DNA of 64,000 nt from Neovahlkampfia damariscottae (lineage: Eukaryota). Position numbers and translations under genes: made by a program. The notes under the pieces were generated by a model. That model ran no database searches. It was given only the letters and a program-made list of their open reading frames with translations, and was not told the origin of the DNA. Of the stretch, positions 1 to 10,411 are shown piece by piece (position 1 is the first letter of the stretch; every line of letters begins with the position of its first letter). The stretch is taken from the NCBI GenBank assembly GCA_016618085.1, contig JABLTG010000040.1, positions 1 to 64,000 of the forward strand. Reading direction: 5' to 3'.

Positions 1-424
1 GCATTTCATAAAAGTGTTTCCAAAGATCTTTGTGAAAATAATGATGAAATTTTGATTTCAAAATTTCCAGTCAAAGGAATGATTAAAAAATGGGAAAGAA
101 AAATTCATAGTACAACAGTGAGAAAAAATGCTTCATTGGTCTCATTTTCAATTTCGTCAAACACTAAAACATCTTGCTCAAAAAGATTCTGTTCAAGTAC
201 ATGAAGTTTCAGAACATTATACCAGTTGTACATGTGGATCATGTGGAAAAATAGATTGGAAACTTGGAAAAAAAGATCATTTTAATTGTAAATATTGTAA
301 TTTTTCTCTTCCAAGAGATTATAATGGAGCAAGAAATATATTTCTGATGAATATACAAAATTTTATTGGAAATCCAAAAACTGTCAGTACTGCTGGCGAC
401 GGTCCTATCCGAAAGAAACCTTGA
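1..424 (+). mobile_element. Fanzor2/TnpB (IS607-like) RNA-guided RuvC nuclease, C-terminal part (5' end outside window; +1 frameshift at A-run 123-128)
   Basis: Frame 1 gives FHKSVSKDLCENNDEILISKFPVKGMIKKWERKIHSTTVRK, which joins the ORF MLHWSHFQFRQTL...VSEHYTSCTCGSCG...FNCKYCNFSLPRDYNGARNI. This shows the W-S-H-x-x-F-R helix, the E-x-Y-T-S acidic motif, a CxxC...CxxC zinc ribbon and the RuvC-III R-D-x-N-G-A-R-N-I motif. Confidence 0.85.
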
Positions 425-502
425 TTTTAATGTCTGGTCTGATTAATCAGAATGAACGGAAAAGTCAGTTTTAAGATAGCGGAGATATTAAATACAACCA
501 AA
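381..502 (+). ncRNA. Candidate omegaRNA scaffold / element right end plus guide
   Basis: GC-richer island overlapping the nuclease stop. Hairpin GTCAG/CTGGC (383-397); nested stems CTATC(405-409)/GATAG(475-479) and TGATTTT(422-428)/AAAAGTCA(460-467); perfect palindrome TCTGATTAATCAGA (438-451); ends ...AGCGG at 482. Boundaries are inferred. Confidence 0.45.
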
Positions 503-697
503 TGATTGGTCATTTCAAATTATGGTATGAATACGAGTTATTCTATACAAAAAATACCTTTTAGACTGAGAGGTTTTTTTGAACCAAAAATATAGCAAAT
601 TGGCCAATTATCATCGTTTTCAAAGTGAAAAAATCTTTATTAGGACAATTGAACCAATCAAATTGAAAGAACATCAACTTTGGATTACCAACTCCAC

Positions 698-2204
698 ATG
701 AGTTTAATATTGAATTTTACAGTCATGGAAGGAAAAGATATGCCAGCCATGGATTTTGGTGGTAAATCAGATTTATATGTGGTTTCAAAACTTGGACCAA
801 ACAACCACAAAACCAAAGTCATAAAAAAATCACTCAGACCAATTTGGAATGAAAAATTTCAACTATCTTTCAATAATATGAATGATGATGTTATTTTTGA
901 AGTCTATGGTATTATTATTTCGTTTTAAAACTTCAGACTGGGATTTGATGGGAAAACATGATTCTGCAGGTAAAACTTCAATTCCAGTTTCAAAATTACA
1001 AAACGGAAAAAAATGATTTATGGTTAACATTGCCTCCAATTAGAAATACAAATCCTGAGATTCATGTAGTTTTGCAATTTGCACCTTCAATTCGTTTAAA
1101 GGTTTGTGAAGGAAAAGATTTACCAGCAATGGATATTGGTATGTCTTTGAAAGCTTTTTTTTAATTGTCTTAAGGTCGTACAAGTGATCCTTTTGTTGAA
1201 ATTTGTTTTGGAAAAGAAAAAAAAAAAACTAAAATAGTTAAAGAAACACTAAATCCACAGTGGAATGAAACATTTGATTTTCAGGTTAAAGACATGTCAG
1301 CTCCGATATTTTTTCATGGTATTCTTGATTATTTTTTTTTAATTCGAAATTTTTCTTCAGTTTATGACTGGGATTTGTTAAGTTGCAAAGACAAAATGGG
1401 ACAAGTTTTGATCACATTGACAAGTTTAAAAGCTGGTTTAAACAAAGATTTATGGTTACCTCTAGAAAAAGGAGGTGCTTTAAGAGTTGAAATTGAAGCA
1501 ATTGGATTTGGTTCCATACAACAAAATCAACAAGAAAAACAAGAAAGTTCTGATCAACAACCAATGTTTGGAAATCAGAAATCATTTGAAGAACAACAAA
1601 GATCAATAGTAAAAGAACCAAAAACAAAATTTGATGACTTACTTGCTAAAATTAAAAATATTGAAGATTATAAATCATATATTAGAATCCGCACTAATTT
1701 TGGAAATTTGAACTTTGAAATTTCTGTCTCAAAGGCCCCAATTGCCAGTTTAAACTTTATAAGATTGTGCAAACAGAAAATTTATGATAACTCTATCATT
1801 CACCGAATCATACCAGGATTTATGATGGAAGTAAGTCAAGAAAAAAAAAATTAATTTTTTCAAAGGGTGGAAAAATACCTTCGGACTGTGTTTATCAAAA
1901 ACCATTTCCAAATGGGACAAATGAAAATATACAATTTGAATCAGAAAGATTTTTACTTGGAATGATGAACACAGCACCAACAGATGTAGCCAAATTTAAT
2001 AGAATAACTTCTTTTTAGTTTTTTGTGACATTTGCACCTTTGAATCATTTAGATGATAAATATTCTTGTTTTGGTAGATTAGTTGGAACACAAATTTTAA
2101 AACAAATGGAATCTGAAGAAAGAACTGAAAGTGATAAACCTTTGAAAGATATCATTATTTTGAATACAATTATTTATTTAGATCCTTTTAGAAACTTTGA
2201 ATAA
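698..2204 (+). CDS. Tandem C2-domain protein with C-terminal divergent cyclophilin (PPIL2-like) domain; multi-exon, apparent homopolymer frameshift at 1007-1013
   Basis: Two C2 repeats (EGKDMPAMDFGGKSDLYV...KSLRPIWNEKF...VYDWD; EGKDLPAMDI..TSDPFV...TLNPQWNETF...YDWD). Then IRTNFGNLNFE...APIASLNFIRLC...YDNSIIHRIIPGFMM and FFVTFAPLNHLDDKYSCFGRLVG. Short GT-AG introns join the frames. Confidence 0.7.
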
Positions 2205-2299
2205 AATGAACTAATCAATAAAACTTTATCACTTTTTTTATTTGAATGGACACATTTTTTGAACTTATTAACCATTGGTTAACACATCGAAAATTAAAA

Positions 2300-3130
2300 A
2301 TGAGTCGACATTCCAAAAGTGTGAATGCAAAACCATATTTTTCACATGCAGAAAGAAAAAAATTAACCGAATACGGAACACAAAGTCAAAGAGTAACTAA
2401 AGATTCATTTTTAGAATTTGGAGATTGTGGTTTATGTTTAAAACAAGCTAGAAATGCAGTGGTCACACCTCATGGTTACATTTATTGTAAAGAATGTATT
2501 TTAGAGAATATTCTAAAACAAAAAAAAGAAATAAAAAAAAAACAACAACAAACTGAATTGGAAAAGAAACATGAAGAATTAGAAAAAAAATTAAAAGAGA
2601 AAGAAGAATTAGAAAAGAAAAAAAAAGAATTTGATAAAATAACAAACTATACTAGCCAAAATGAAACAAAAGAATCTGATAGAATTTCATCAGTTTCTTC
2701 TTCAAATTTTTGGATTCCTTCAAAAACACCTCAAGAAGATAAAACTGAAAAAATCAAAGAAAAAAAAGAGATTTTAGATCCATCATGTTCAAAACCTATT
2801 AAAATCAAACAATTAATTGAGGTTGAATTTCAACAAGTTAAAGCAGATAAAGAAGAAAATTCTTATAAAAAAAAGTTTGAATGTCCTTGTTGCAGAAAAA
2901 CATTTGAAGGAGGTTTAAAAGGTTCAATTTTAAAAACATGTGGTCATACAATTTGTTCATCATGTTTTAAAAAATTTACTTCAAAAGATTTGACGTGTTT
3001 GGTTTGTTCGAAAAAATTAAAAACTTCAAAAGATGTTATTGAAGTTCAAGCTAATTTTACCTCTTTTGCTTCGAGTGCAGGTGAAAAATCAGAAGCTAAA
3101 CATTGGGAACCTCAAATAATGTATTCATAA
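2300..3130 (+). CDS. NOSIP: Nitric oxide synthase-interacting protein homolog (RING/U-box-like)
   Basis: MSRHSK start, YGTQSQRVTKDS, CGLCL...VVTPHGYIYCKECILENIL, FWIPSKTP, C-terminal CPCC...CGHTICSSC...CLVC. Confidence 0.85.
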   Translation: MSRHSKSVNAKPYFSHAERKKLTEYGTQSQRVTKDSFLEFGDCGLCLKQARNAVVTPHGYIYCKECILENILKQKKEIKKKQQQTELEKKHEELEKKLKEKEELEKKKKEFDKITNYTSQNETKESDRISSVSSSNFWIPSKTPQEDKTEKIKEKKEILDPSCSKPIKIKQLIEVEFQQVKADKEENSYKKKFECPCCRKTFEGGLKGSILKTCGHTICSSCFKKFTSKDLTCLVCSKKLKTSKDVIEVQANFTSFASSAGEKSEAKHWEPQIMYS

Positions 3131-3160
3131 AAATTTTATTCCTTTTTTGCTCCTGTTTTT

Positions 3161-3536
3161 TTATTTTAATTTTGAAAATAATTCATCTGCTGCCTATTAA
3201 ATTATAATTAAAATTTTGTTTGAAACTTACACAATGAGCAATACAACCTTTGAAATCTGTGTACCATGAATGACAATGTGTACCTTCTGGTAAAAGTTTT
3301 ATACGTTCAGCACAAGCCAAATATTCTTTGAATTCAGTTTCACAATGATGTTCACAATGATGGTCAACAGCAATTTTTGGATCAACAAGTTCTTCTTCAT
3401 CATCTTCGTCGTCTTCATCTTCATCTTCATCTTCTTCTTCTTGAGGTGTATCTACATCTTCTTCTTCTTCTTCCTCAGCTTTGAATTTAAACTTTGAAAA
3501 GAAACTGTTTTCAGTTTTGAACATAATGCGAAACAT
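3161..3536 (-). CDS. QCR6: Cytochrome bc1 complex hinge protein (subunit 6)
   Basis: Long acidic N-terminus, ELVDPK...HC...YLACAERI...HC...FKGCIAHC; one intron gives the C-terminus AADELFSKLK*. Confidence 0.85.
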
Positions 3537-3596
3537 TTTTTGTTAACTATTCTGTTGATTGGTCAATTAGAAAATAAAACTGATTGGATAAAAAAA

Positions 3597-4060
3597 ATGA
3601 ACAAAATTAAAGAAATTGAGAATGAAAATGCAACAGAAGTAAAAAATGAAGAAATAAAAAAAGAACCACCTAAAATTAATACATCGATCAATGGGTTTTT
3701 TGACACTTTATCGTAAAAATTAACAAAAATATTTTAAAACTGCAAAGCAAACCTGAAAATGGAACAGTAAAAAGTAAGTTGGTAAAAACAACTGCTATTA
3801 TGTTTTCTGTTCCTTTTATTGTTTATTTTTTTTGTTTTCATCAACTTTTTGACGGTAAATTTTTTTTAAAATTGAAAAAATTAGGATTAATTGTAAATTA
3901 TGATTTGAATACAAGAATGTTTTGGAGTGCTATTTGTTCTGTTGTCACAGTTCAAATCATATTAATTTGGTTTATCATTACGGCCATTGAAGAATCCAAA
4001 GAGGAAGATGTCAAAACTGATAAATTGTTCAAAGATGAAATATCAAAAAAGAATGAATAA
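3597..4060 (+). CDS. VMA21: V-ATPase assembly factor VMA21-like membrane protein
   Basis: KLVKTTAIMFSVPFIVYFF, second TM SAICSVVTVQIILIWFIITAIEE, C-terminal KKNE (KKXX ER-retrieval motif); multi-exon. Confidence 0.7.
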
Positions 4061-4071
4061 AAATAAAGTTA

Positions 4072-6194
4072 TCATTTTTGGTTATTATTAGTGGATGATA
4101 CATCTTTGATTTCATTTGTCGAATTTTTCTTTTCAGAACTTGATTTGACATTCAAATGACCACCTAAAAATGATTTCATATCAACACCTGCAACATCTGT
4201 CATCATTGAATGCAATGGTGGTAAACTTGTTGCAATATCTTTAATGAAATTGCTGGTTGAATTTTTTCCTTCTTTTCCATTTCCATTTTCCCAAATTGTA
4301 ATGTTATCAAATTTGATATTTGAAATTGCTTGTGCTGATGTTTTAGCTAATTCTTCAACATGGTCTAGCATTAAAATATTTGCTGCTTCTCTTGATCCAC
4401 CACATTTTTCGATCAATAATCCAAGACCTTTCGCTCTTGCTTCAAGGAATAGATATTCACCTTTCGCTTTTGCTTCCATTTCAAGTAAATCTGCTTTTGA
4501 TTTCGCTTCTGCTTCAATAATAATTTTTTCTGCATTTGCTTGAGCTTCAATTAATATTTTTTGTTTCAAAGCTTCTGCAGGTCCAATAGTTTTAGCTAAT
4601 TCTTCTTGTTTAATTTGTTCTTGAATTGCTTCAAATGCTTTCTTTTTAGCAATAGCTTCTGCTTCAATAACCTTTTGTTCTGCTTCTTTCTTCCTTTTTT
4701 GGGTCATTTCATAAGCCTCGGTTTCTACAATTTCAAGTTCTGCTTTTGATTTTTGAATAAATTGATTTGCAAGATTTTCTCCTTCAACAGCATCTGCATT
4801 TGATTTTGAAATGGAAATTCTCATATCACGTTCTTGTTGAGCGATTGTTTGTTCTTTTTCAATGGATGCTTTTGAAATTGCAATTTCTTTAAAAGAATTA
4901 GAATTTCAACTCACTTTAATTCTTACCTTGTTTTGTCATTGTAATAGATTTGGAAATTTCTAAATCTCTTTTTTGTTCATTAATTCTTTTTTCTTGTTCT
5001 GTCAAAGATTGATTTTTTCCAATATTCTTTTCTGATTCTGCTTTTGCATTCGCTATTTCTAAATCTCTTTGTTTTTCAGCAATAATTTTTTCTTGATCAA
5101 ATTTTGCAGTTGTAACACCAATTTCTTGTTGAGATTTTGCCAAAGCAATTGAAATTTCCATTTCTTTTTGTTGTTCTGTCATTGTTTGTTCTTGTAACAT
5201 TTTTGCTTGATTTATACCAATTTCTTTTTCAGCAGTCGCTTTTGAAATATTAATTTTCATTATTTTTTCTTGTTCTGTAATGAAGGTTTCTTGATCTAAT
5301 TCAGCCAGTCTAACACCTTTTGCTCTTTCAGATCTTTCTTTTGAGACTATAATATCTCTTTCTCTAATTTCTTTTGCTTCACCAATAGAACCTTCTTTTT
5401 CTCTTTCAGCGACTTCAACTCTGGCTTGTTGTACCGCTTCAGCAGCTGCTCTTTTCCCTAAAGCAGCAATAACACCAGATTCATCAGTTACATCCGTAAA
5501 ATTGACATTAATTAATTGAAGACCTTTTTGGATTGAGTAAAGTTAATCTTTTGTTACCTAATTTATGTAATTCCTTTTCAACACTTGCTTCAACATTTTC
5601 TGTAAACAAATGACGATCTCCATTGATTTGTTCAATTGACATACTTGCAATTACATCCCTTAATTGACCATAAATGATTTCTTCAGCTTGATATTTCAAT
5701 TCATCAACAGATAATTCAAGTATTCTTTCAGCAGCATTTGCCATTAATTCTTCAGATGTTCCAACAGCAACTGTAAAAACTGAAGGTACATTTACTCTTA
5801 ATTTATGCAAGGATAATGTATTGGCTAAATTAATTTCAATTTGTACAGGTGTTAAATTTAAAAATCTGTAGTCTTGAAATATTGGTAAAACGAATGCACC
5901 ACCTCCATGAATCGTTCTTATTTTTTTATTTCCACCAAAAATAACAAGTACTTTGTTTGGAGGACATCTGATATAACGTGAAGCATATAAAGCAGTACTA
6001 CCAAAACCTAATGAAAGAATAGTTCCACCTATAATCAAATAAGCATCAATTCCAGCCATCATTAGTTTCTTTTCTTTTTTATTTTCTGAATCATCCAAGT
6101 TAACTTTTTTCAATTTTTTTTGAACAGCGTAAGATGTTGCTAATACACCTGAAATACCAACAGCTTTCCAAAAATTCTTTTTTAGTTTTAACAT
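4072..6194 (-). CDS. SPFH/flotillin family protein (bacterial-type)
   Basis: RYIRCPPNKVLVIFG...IHGGGAFVLPIFQDY..LNLTP...LRVNVPSVFTVAV...NAAERIL...IIYGQLRDVIASMSIEQINGDR; AEA-rich coiled coil; AISNIKFDNITIWE; two short introns. Confidence 0.85.
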
Positions 6195-6287
6195 GTTTCT
6201 CAACTGAAACGACTTGGTTTTTTCAAAATGAAATGATTGGTTGAGATCAGCCTCTTGAAAATTACTGAATTTCTAAAAATTAAAAGT

Positions 6288-7550
6288 TTAACTACAAAAT
6301 TTTATTTCAACATCAGTTAAATATTCAAAAGTTGATTTTTTAATTTTAAATTGATCATCAAATAAATTTAATCGATGAGCACAAGTACAACAACATTCTT
6401 TTCCTTCTGCTTTTTGATTTAAAATATTATTCAAACATCTATAAACAGCTTGAACTTCGTCTTCATTGAATGTACTTAAGACATGTGGAAAAATATTTTC
6501 CGAATGTATATTTAAAAATTTTTGAGTGATATATTTAATAGAACGTTTTGTATCATTTCCGTATTGAAAATCTTCCCATCCAAAATGTTTTAAAGGATGT
6601 TTTTCCAAACATTCAGGTAAAAAATCAGCCTTATTGAATAATAGAGCAATAGGAACTTCTGTATCTTTATACAAATTGACGACTTGTTGATAGACATTTA
6701 AATCTTCAACTAATCTATTTGTATGATCATCTTCATAACAACGACGATGATAATGACATAAATTAACTAAATTAATAGCCATATTTGCATCATCGACAAC
6801 ATATTGCCATTTTTGTCTTTCACATCTTTGTCCTCCAGTCAAAATTATTCTAAGAAGTTAGTATTTTAATTGGTTCATTTTTTTTTTACTTTATTATTTC
6901 ATTTCTAACATGATATTCGGAATCTACAAGTCCAGTTGTTTTAATTCTTGAACATAAAATATCATGAAATGTTGGTATATAGTTTAAATTCATAATTCTT
7001 TTTAAATTATCTTTAAAAAAATTCATTCCTTCAAAAACATCTATTTCGTTTTGATAAGTCAAAAAAAGATCTAAAAAGATTTCATTTTCCCATATTTCGA
7101 ATAATTCTTTGACAAATTCGGGATAAAGTGTATAATATTCTAAATTTAAAATTGTTTCACTATCCATATTCGCTATTTTTCTTTTTTCAATATCATTAGT
7201 TTTTTGTTTTTTTTTATTTACCCTTCTCCAAGTTTTCCTATGTCTAGATTTTGTTTTTTGCACCAACGGAGAAATTTATAAGTAATTTTGTAAATGTTTT
7301 CTTGAATTATTGAACGATAGAGCTGTTTTTCTTCTGTTGAATATTCGGAACCTTTAAGGAGTTTTTTAAGTTGTTTGTACATGGTATATTTTCCTGATTC
7401 TCCTGCTCCTAAAAGTAAAAAAGTTTTTTTTTTGAGGTCAGCAGGAGGAAGAAAAGTTTCTTCTTCCTCTTCGTGTTCAATTACACAACGACTCTGAATT
7501 TGTCTTCTCAGTGAAAGTTGACGTGATAATTTGGAAGAATCATTTCCCAT
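6288..7550 (-). CDS. Divergent heterotrimeric G-protein alpha subunit
   Basis: MG start, LLLGAGESGKYT (G1), DILCSRIKTTG (G2), LTGGQRCERQKW (G3, Asp missing), LLFNKAD (G4); two introns join three ORFs. Confidence 0.8.
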
Positions 7551-8103
7551 GACGAAGCGTTTAGTTTGATCTTGTTGTGAAAAAAAAATGCCCAATCAAA
7601 ACCCAATTTAACTCCTAATTTACGGAAAGTGAAAATTCCATTTTTGAGATTTTTCAAAAAGATTTATCCATCTTGGGTAATTTGTACTACCAAATCAGTG
7701 ATTTTCAGTCCTTTTTTTGAATTCTGTCAAATACAAGACCATCTTCCTGTCTAAAAGAATCACTTTTGTGCTTCTTTAATGGAATGAGACTTATGAGACA
7801 TGTTTCATAACAGAAAGTGGATTCCTTTTTTTAGAAGAAAGCACTCTTGTGTTTCAAAGAAAAAACTGTTGAAAAATCAATGGCTCTGAACAGAAGAAGA
7901 ATATGGTATTCAATTTTTATCATTATTCGTTTGTTGAACAATCAAATTCTTTGTTTGTACATTTTGATTTTTAATAGGAATCAAAGATCTCCATTTATCT
8001 GATTCTTTACGAACTCTAAGACAAAATTTTCATTGAAATAGGTTTTATCTCCATTGGATTTGTATAAATTATGTCATTCTAGATTTTCTTTCAAAATCAG
8101 CCA

Positions 8104-8697
8104 ATGGGAAACAAAGAAGGAAAGTCGTTGGAACAAACAAACATCAATGCTCAAAGCATGACAAAAGGTTCATTAGCAAAATAGTAAGGGATTCACATAA
8201 TTAATAATAAAAACAGCAAAAAGATGTGGTTTTCAATTGGAAAAGACGGAAAATTAGACCCTGAACAATTTTGTGACTTTTTTCAACTTTTTGCACCAGA
8301 CCAAAAAGACCCAGAACTTTACTCTGAAAATATATTCAGAGGTATTGACAGAGATCAAAATGGAGTTTTAACTTATGAAGAATTTATTTTATTTTTGACT
8401 ATAATGGATGAAAAAGCAGACCCTGAAGATATTATAGAAATTGTTTTTGCTTTATATGATGATGATGGAAATGGTCATATTAATAAAGAAGAAATTGTTA
8501 ATACTTTAACAGAAATTTATAATATGAATGGAAGTGATATTAAGTCACAAGAATTAAAAGATAAAATTCAAACCCAAGCAACTGATATTCTCACAAAATG
8601 TGATGAATCTAAGGATGGTTATATTTCAAAAGATGAAATGTTAAAAGTTTTAAAAACTGATCGTAGTTTACTTCTTGGAGGATTTGAAAAAAAATAA
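8104..8697 (+). CDS. Myristoylated EF-hand calcium sensor (NCS/calcineurin B-like)
   Basis: MGNKEGKS start; EF loops DRDQNGVLTYEE, DDDGNGHINKEE, DESKDGYISKDE; one intron. Confidence 0.85.
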
Positions 8698-8710
8698 AAT
8701 GTTTTATTTA

Positions 8711-10301
8711 TCAAAATCCGTATTTTTTAAGATGAGGTGACCAATCTAATGTTCCATTATTAGGAGCTCCATTTTCAATATTTAATAATTTTATCATTAG
8801 ATTATAAACTTCAATATTTACAAATGGTTCAATTTTTGATTGAACAATTGAAGGACCAAAAGCAAAGAAAATTGAATTCATATCAGGTTCAATATTATCA
8901 TAGCCATGATTACCAGGACTATATGGATGTGTTATATTCCTGTCAGTTGTCAATAATGTTCCTAATTTTCCAACACAAAAGATATCTGATGTTCTAACTA
9001 AAATCAAAATTATGAGAAAATTTGGAATTTAAAAATACCTGTGTTATTGATAAACCAATGATTAGGCATATCTAATTTATCATAACAATCCATTTCATTC
9101 GATTTTTTTAATTCTTCTAATATTTTTGATCTATCATTTTGTTGTTTTGGCTGAATATTTAAACTAACTTGAGGATAAATAGTTCTTGGATTCCATTGAT
9201 AAAAATCAATTCGATCAAAGAAATTCGAAACTATTTCATCCAAAAAAATGATTTTTTTCTTTTCTGTCATTCCGTGATCACTTGTAATTACAATATTAAA
9301 ATCATCCAACATTTTTCTTTTCTCCAAACCATAAAGTAATTGCTCTAAAACTAAATCTGCATTTTTAAGTTCTATTTGAACTTCTGTTGAATTAGGTCCA
9401 TGTCTGTGACCCATATCATCAATACGTTGAAAATAACCTTGAATCAATCTTGGTTTTTCTGGATGATCAATAAATTTAAATAATTCATCTAATCTCCATT
9501 GATTTGTTTTATCGTTAGAAAATTTGTGATAAAAATTTGGTCGAATTCCTTTAATTTTAACTTCACTACCAGGCCAAAAAACAATTCCAGATTTAATATC
9601 ATTTTTTGCAGCTGTTACCCTTTAAAAAGTTATTTTTTGAATATAATTACCATATTGGTTCTCCTTCCCACCATACTGGATCCATTGAATCTCTCATTGT
9701 AAAAGTTCTATTCAACACTGGATCAAACATCTATTTTTGTGTTAAATTTTCTTTTTTTAGTTTACATAATTTCCTATAATTCCATTTGATTCAGAATATA
9801 AACCAGTAACCACTGAGTAATGATTTACAAAACTAAACATTCAGATTTGATTATTTTTTTTTTACGTTTTCGATGGAAAAATTGGTGACATGTGAGGAGT
9901 TGAAATACCTTCTCTTTGAACTTTTTTGAAAGTTTTTAATAGATGTGGATAATTCTCTAAATAATGAGCAGCAAATCCATCAAATGAAAGTAAAATTAAT
10001 CTTTTTCTTGGAGCAGCTTGTGAAAAAAAAAATTAATGTGTCAAAAATAATCAAACGTTCATAAAATACTGAAATGATCACTAATGTTGAAATAATGGCA
10101 ACTGCTGTCAAAGAAGCAATTAAAATGATGAGAAATCTAAAAATGTTTTTTCTAAGAACAGAAGAAGATACTTCCATGTCTGCCATTGAAGAATATTCAT
10201 CTTCAAAAATAAGAAACAAATTTGAATTTACTTATTTCTTTTTCTGTCTCTTCCATAAACCTAATTCTGTCTTCATCTTCTCTAACTTCATCAGCCAACA
10301 T
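8711..10301 (-). CDS. Ectonucleotide pyrophosphatase/phosphodiesterase (type I PDE), N-terminal TM
   Basis: FPSKT-FVNHYSVVTGLYSESNGIIGN, DDMGHRHGP, ITSDHGM, GNHGYDN, IFFAFGP, NIEVYNLM; multi-exon. Confidence 0.85.
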
Positions 10302-10411
10302 GACAAATTAAAATAAGAAAAGTTTGATTGGCGGAAAATTTATTTTAGAAGGTTCTTGAATAAAAAAAAATTTCAAGTTCAGCAAACTCATTTCCAACAT
10401 CTGTATAGAAC

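Noticed and set aside
6886..7595. Apparent frameshifts splitting G-alpha and many other genes into several ORFs
   Set aside because: Resolved by canonical short GT-AG introns, so these are not pseudogenes.
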